NCBI GenBank assembly: GCA_048938105.1
Contig: JBHLMN010000012.1
Span: 96,001-160,000, forward strand
Length of the DNA stretch: 64,000 bases
Direction of reading: 5' to 3'
Origin: Promethearchaeota archaeon
GTDB lineage: Archaea > Asgardarchaeota > Heimdallarchaeia > Hodarchaeales > Hodarchaeaceae
Positions 60,052 to 64,000 of this stretch are shown piece by piece. The notes beneath the pieces are model-generated. The model did not search any database, was not told the origin of the DNA, and saw only the letters and a program-made list of their open reading frames with translations. Every line of letters starts with the position of its first letter. Positions within the stretch are counted from its first letter, which is position 1. The position numbers and the translations under genes are program-made.

Positions 60052-60828
60052 ATGTCTCTTACAAAACAAAAACAATTTTTGATTTATGGTAACATCTTGA
60101 GCTTTTTATTAACTATCGTGATGAATTCTTTAGCCAACATCCTTCCTTTGAATGGAAAAACAACTGCAGAACTCAGTGACTCTTTCCCTAACTTATTTGT
60201 CCCCGCTGGGTATGTTTTTAGTATCTGGGGATTGATCTACATTTTATTAGCAATTTTCACGGTTTCCCAAGCCCTTCCCAAGTATAGAGAGGAGGATGTT
60301 ATTGAAAAAATCTCCTATTTCTTTATTATAAGCAATCTGGCTAATTCATCATGGATTGTATTTTGGCACTTTGAAATAATAATCGCATCCTTATTGGTTA
60401 TGTTGATACTCCTTGTATCTTTAATACTAATCTATACCCGATTAGAAATTGGAAAGAAGCCCGTGAGTGAAAAAATTAAGATCACTTCTCATATCCCATT
60501 TAGTGTTTACCTGGGATGGATTACTGTTGCAACTGTTGCAAATGTTACAGCTTTACTTGTATCAATAAACTGGGATGGTTTTGGCATAAGTGAAGTCATC
60601 TGGACTGCAGTTGTAATAAGTGTTGCAACAATAATTGCACTAGTTATCGTATTCACCCGGAAAGACTATGCCTACGTTCTTGTCCCCGTCTGGGCTTTTA
60701 TAGGAATAGCAGTAAAGCAATTAAATACTCAAAACGATGTTGTTATAATTTCTGTTATAGCAGCAGTTATTTTAGTCATAACATTGCTTGTTAGACTTTC
60801 ATTGGATTTAGTTCAGAATCGAAAATGA
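60052..60828 (+). CDS. tspO: TspO/MBR-like tryptophan-rich sensory protein (long form)
   Basis: N.LA..LPLNG.TT.ELSD, FVPAGYVFSIWGLIY, NSSWIVFW, PFSVYLGWITVATVAN, VWAFIGI. Confidence 0.78.
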   Translation: MSLTKQKQFLIYGNILSFLLTIVMNSLANILPLNGKTTAELSDSFPNLFVPAGYVFSIWGLIYILLAIFTVSQALPKYREEDVIEKISYFFIISNLANSSWIVFWHFEIIIASLLVMLILLVSLILIYTRLEIGKKPVSEKIKITSHIPFSVYLGWITVATVANVTALLVSINWDGFGISEVIWTAVVISVATIIALVIVFTRKDYAYVLVPVWAFIGIAVKQLNTQNDVVIISVIAAVILVITLLVRLSLDLVQNRK

Positions 60829-61709
60829 ATGATAATAATTTTAGATCACTAATTACTTCACTCATAATAATATGCATTGCTGCATGTCTTGCACTCATTG
60901 GTAGCCACAGGGGTATAACTGTTTTTGGTGGAATACCAGTATTTGCACTTGGAGTAGCTATTGCCTTTATAATTCAATGGATTGCGTTTATACCTGCTTA
61001 TATCAAAAGAACAGAGAAATTTTTCGATTTGACTGGCTCTTTGACTTACAGTATTGTGATTATTTTTTCAGTTGTTTTGAGTTCTGAAATCAATATACGA
61101 TCTATTTTACTGATGTTTTTGGTCTTGATCTGGGCGATTCGCCTTGGTATGTTCTTGTTTAGGAGAATACTGAAAGAGGGTGAGGATAAACGCTTCAAGG
61201 AAATCAAAGAATCAGGTTCGCGTTTTCTATTAACTTGGACTCTTCAAGGTTTGTGGGTTAGCTTTACATTAGCAGCTGCATTGGCTGCGATCACAGTAAA
61301 ACAGAGGGTAGAATTTGGCGTCTTTGGTTTAATTGGTCTTCTGGTTTGGATCATAGGCTTTGGATTTGAAGCTGTTGCAGACTATCAGAAGAGTAAATTC
61401 AGATCTATTCCTGAAAACAAAGGAAAATTTATTACTACTGGATTATGGTCGATATCACGACATCCCAATTACTTTGGAGAGATCCTCCTATGGATCGGTA
61501 TTGCAATCATTGCACTTCCAACACTTCAAGGTTGGAGATGGCTAACACTAATTTCTCCTATTTTTGTCACATTATTATTGACCAAGGTTAGTGGTATTCC
61601 ATTACTTGAGAAACATGCAGATGAAAAGTGGGGTGGTCAGGAGGAATATGAGCAATACAAAAGTAAGACTCCAGTATTAATCCCAAGGCCATTCTTCAAA
61701 TCAAATTAA
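60825..61709 (+). CDS. DUF1295 (steroid 5-alpha-reductase/ICMT-fold) membrane protein
   Basis: TEKFFDLTGS, WAIRLG.FLF.RI...GEDKRF, WTLQGLW, EAVADYQK, GLWSISRHPNYFGE, SGIPLLE; ATGA overlap with tspO. Confidence 0.9.
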   Translation: MNDNNFRSLITSLIIICIAACLALIGSHRGITVFGGIPVFALGVAIAFIIQWIAFIPAYIKRTEKFFDLTGSLTYSIVIIFSVVLSSEINIRSILLMFLVLIWAIRLGMFLFRRILKEGEDKRFKEIKESGSRFLLTWTLQGLWVSFTLAAALAAITVKQRVEFGVFGLIGLLVWIIGFGFEAVADYQKSKFRSIPENKGKFITTGLWSISRHPNYFGEILLWIGIAIIALPTLQGWRWLTLISPIFVTLLLTKVSGIPLLEKHADEKWGGQEEYEQYKSKTPVLIPRPFFKSN

Positions 61710-61841
61710 GGAATGCTAGTTACCCATGCTGAATAACTCTTCTAACGATTAAACTCTATAACATATAAAAGATCAGAGGAAAATATTGATAAAGCTGAAT
61801 TTCGCAGTTCTTTCCTGATATATGGCTAAAATATTATTTAA

Positions 61842-62180
61842 TCAAACCAATGCATCTGATGGCCACTCTATATGAATAATAAAGGATTTTGCTGTTGCAC
61901 GGTAATATTTAAGAAAAAATCCATATTCATTTTGAACCTTTCGAGTAAGAAACGCTAAATCCTTTGAAACTAGGTCATCAAGATATCTTTTAATGGTACC
62001 AGGGTTTAGTTCGGTTTTTTGTTTCAATTCCATTATATTTAACTCCTTCTCGAGTAATAAATTGAGTATAATCTGCTTTTTTTGGTGGAATAATACTGGA
62101 ACTACAGAGGGATCATTGATTACCTTTACTTTAGGAATATCAGAATTCTCATCTGAATCTTCAGGTTTATCATAGAACAT
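61842..62180 (-). CDS. ArsR-like winged-HTH regulator
   Basis: IILNLL....NIMELKQKTELNPGTIKRYLDDLVSKDL...KYYRATAK. Confidence 0.8.
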   Translation of the reverse strand: MFYDKPEDSDENSDIPKVKVINDPSVVPVLFHQKKQIILNLLLEKELNIMELKQKTELNPGTIKRYLDDLVSKDLAFLTRKVQNEYGFFLKYYRATAKSFIIHIEWPSDALV

Positions 62181-62200
62181 TCTAATGTGATCCTAGTAGA

Positions 62201-63043
62201 TCATTCTTTTCCTTCGGTTTTTGTAGTTAATATAGTTGTGTTATAAATTCGTGTTGAGATCAAGCTAAGAATAGGTATGCCAATGAGGACATTTATAAAA
62301 GTAACAATCAAAAAAATCAGATTAAAAAATAAAAATGTCTCCACGCTGGTAACTATTAGAAGTCGAGTGATATCAACAATAAACATTGTGCCTCGAAAGA
62401 GTAGATGATATGTACCAATTGAAAAAAACAGCCGTGAGAAATGATGATTTAATATTAAAAAATTCTCAGTGAAACTTTTTTTTATTTCTTTAACTACTAT
62501 AATACTCGGGAATATTTCAATGAAAGTAATATTCAGCATAAAATCGACAAAATAAACAATAACCTTGATCAAAACTAAAAAAGTACGATCTCCTCCATTT
62601 GACTGAATTAATTCTAACAATGAGAACATACTGAAGAGTTGTTCCAGAACGATAATTAACGCATAAGGCAATGTCAACAGTGCGAAATACAGCCAAAATT
62701 TCTTAAAATAGGAAATAGATCTTCTAAACTCTGTAAATAATTCCCCAGATGTCATAATATCAAATGTTAAACCAAAAACAGTCCTTGCGTATGATAGGAG
62801 TAAGAAGAATATTAAACAAAAAATTAATAGGATAATTGGCATGAGTATTAATCTAATGATCTCATTAAATTGAAAATAGTTCTCTAGTAATACAAATCGT
62901 ATAATAGAAATACCAGTAAAAACTAATATGATAATTCCAGTTAAGAATAATATAAATGTCTTGATATATTCTTTTTTATATTCTAAGTATACTCTAAACG
63001 CGATTCTTATATCAGTTATTGACTCCTCAAGCATTCTTATCAT
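62201..63043 (-). CDS. Hypothetical multi-pass membrane protein
   Basis: ~6 hydrophobic segments. Confidence 0.7.
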   Translation of the reverse strand: MIRMLEESITDIRIAFRVYLEYKKEYIKTFILFLTGIIILVFTGISIIRFVLLENYFQFNEIIRLILMPIILLIFCLIFFLLLSYARTVFGLTFDIMTSGELFTEFRRSISYFKKFWLYFALLTLPYALIIVLEQLFSMFSLLELIQSNGGDRTFLVLIKVIVYFVDFMLNITFIEIFPSIIVVKEIKKSFTENFLILNHHFSRLFFSIGTYHLLFRGTMFIVDITRLLIVTSVETFLFFNLIFLIVTFINVLIGIPILSLISTRIYNTTILTTKTEGKE

Positions 63044-63343
63044 CGTTTCCTTGTCAAGGTAAAAATTGGTTTGTAAACTCGGGGTTTGTTTTTAATAAAA
63101 AGTTTTTTTCTAATTAAGTTTAGAGCACATTTTGGTTTTACAATTTAGATAAGTCGATTCATCAGTTGTTCAATACTTCGTATTTAACAAAAATATCTAG
63201 ACTTTAATAGATTTCCTTTGGTTTTGTTAAAATTGCAAAAAGCAGTAAATTTATAAGTTCGTTTTGCAGAAAATACAAAACGGGTAAGAATGGATTACCC
63301 GACAAATAATCTCTGTTCTACAAAAGTTTAAGGAAAAAGCGCG

Positions 63344-64000
63344 ATGTATATCGAAAAAGATGAAAATAAAACTCTAGGGGAGGAAATTAGAAGTGAAAAC
63401 TCCATCAATTTAGTAGTGACAACTTTTCTATTAGGTGTGAGCATTTATGTAGTGGCCCAGCTTATCGGAATATTTCTTACTACTGAATCATTTGGTCCAA
63501 TTATCGAAGGAGGAAATGTGTCAAAACTGTTATTAACTCAGTCAATGTTTCTGTTTCTCTCTCTTGTCACTATATTTTTTCTGACTAAAGGAAAATTAAC
63601 TCACTATGGATTAAATAAACCTATCGGAGCAGTAAAATGGGGATATATTATTGGATTAGGATTATTGATTGGTTCAATTGCTACCATCCTCATTATTGTA
63701 ACAGGAGCAAATGGAAATCCTGCTTTAACAGGTCTAGGTATTAGAGAAAAAATAGTCTTACTTTGGTTTTTAGCTAGTATAGCAGAAGAAGTTTTCGTTA
63801 GAGGTTTATTACAGGGGTATCTGAATCCTCTAGAGGGTATGAAAATTAGTATTGGTAAGCAAAATTTCTCATATCCAGTTGTTTTCAGTGCTATATTTTT
63901 TGGTACCATCCATCTACCGCTAGTATTTTTTGGGGCAGACCTTATCACAATTTGTATTATCTTTTCAATGACAATAACTCTGGGTTTCTTTACAGCCTCT
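63344..64000 (+). CDS. CPBP/Abi (Rce1-like type II CAAX) intramembrane protease, 3' truncated; not in the ORF track
   Basis: Manual translation from ATG 63344 stays open to the window end and contains SIAEEVFVRG (EExxxR) and SAIFFGTIH (FxxxH). Confidence 0.9.
   Translation, partial: MYIEKDENKTLGEEIRSENSINLVVTTFLLGVSIYVVAQLIGIFLTTESFGPIIEGGNVSKLLLTQSMFLFLSLVTIFFLTKGKLTHYGLNKPIGAVKWGYIIGLGLLIGSIATILIIVTGANGNPALTGLGIREKIVLLWFLASIAEEVFVRGLLQGYLNPLEGMKISIGKQNFSYPVVFSAIFFGTIHLPLVFFGADLITICIIFSMTITLGFFTAS

Noticed and set aside
2827-63948. Many short ORF-track entries overlapping larger genes (e.g. 2827-3093, 4669-5067, 10197-10706, 24609-25055, 33400-33600, 63604-63948)
   Set aside because: They are antisense or alternate-frame shadows of well-supported CDSs; 63604-63948 is the antisense of the CPBP protease.

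Overview
AT-rich prokaryotic window, most likely archaeal. An Asgard/Heimdallarchaeia-like host is inferred from gene content (single-OB SSB, tungsten AOR, VapBC), GGTGA/GAGG-type RBSs and S/T-linker + T-x-x-W + TM + basic C-terminal sorting tails; no marker gene is present to confirm this. No rRNA, tRNA or CRISPR array was seen. The first ~49 kb is an accessory mosaic: a VapBC pair beside a decayed tyrosine-recombinase fragment, dehydrogenases, two paralogous ABC-2 exporter operons, a MacB/FtsX-type ABC exporter, five ICMT/PEMT-family membrane methyltransferase loci (one a pseudogene) and several gene remnants. It also holds three large surface proteins (one with a CLCA-like HExxH-vWA-FN3 layout, one with a clan CD His/Cys protease), a tungsten AOR with a non-canonical active site, and a P2-type ATPase with His/Cys in TM6 fused to two CDF-type C-terminal domains. 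The standout feature is a ~12 kb putative light-response island at 49762-61709. It contains a wHTH-fused B12-binding regulator with the CarH/LitR photoreceptor signature, crtB/crtI/lycopene cyclase around a divergent promoter, a Stay-Green (Mg-dechelatase family) gene, a heliorhodopsin, a TspO-like protein, DUF2867-SDR, DUF1295 and uncharacterised membrane proteins. No retinal-forming Brp/Blh or photolyase is in the window. All family calls come from motif recognition by eye, not from database searches.
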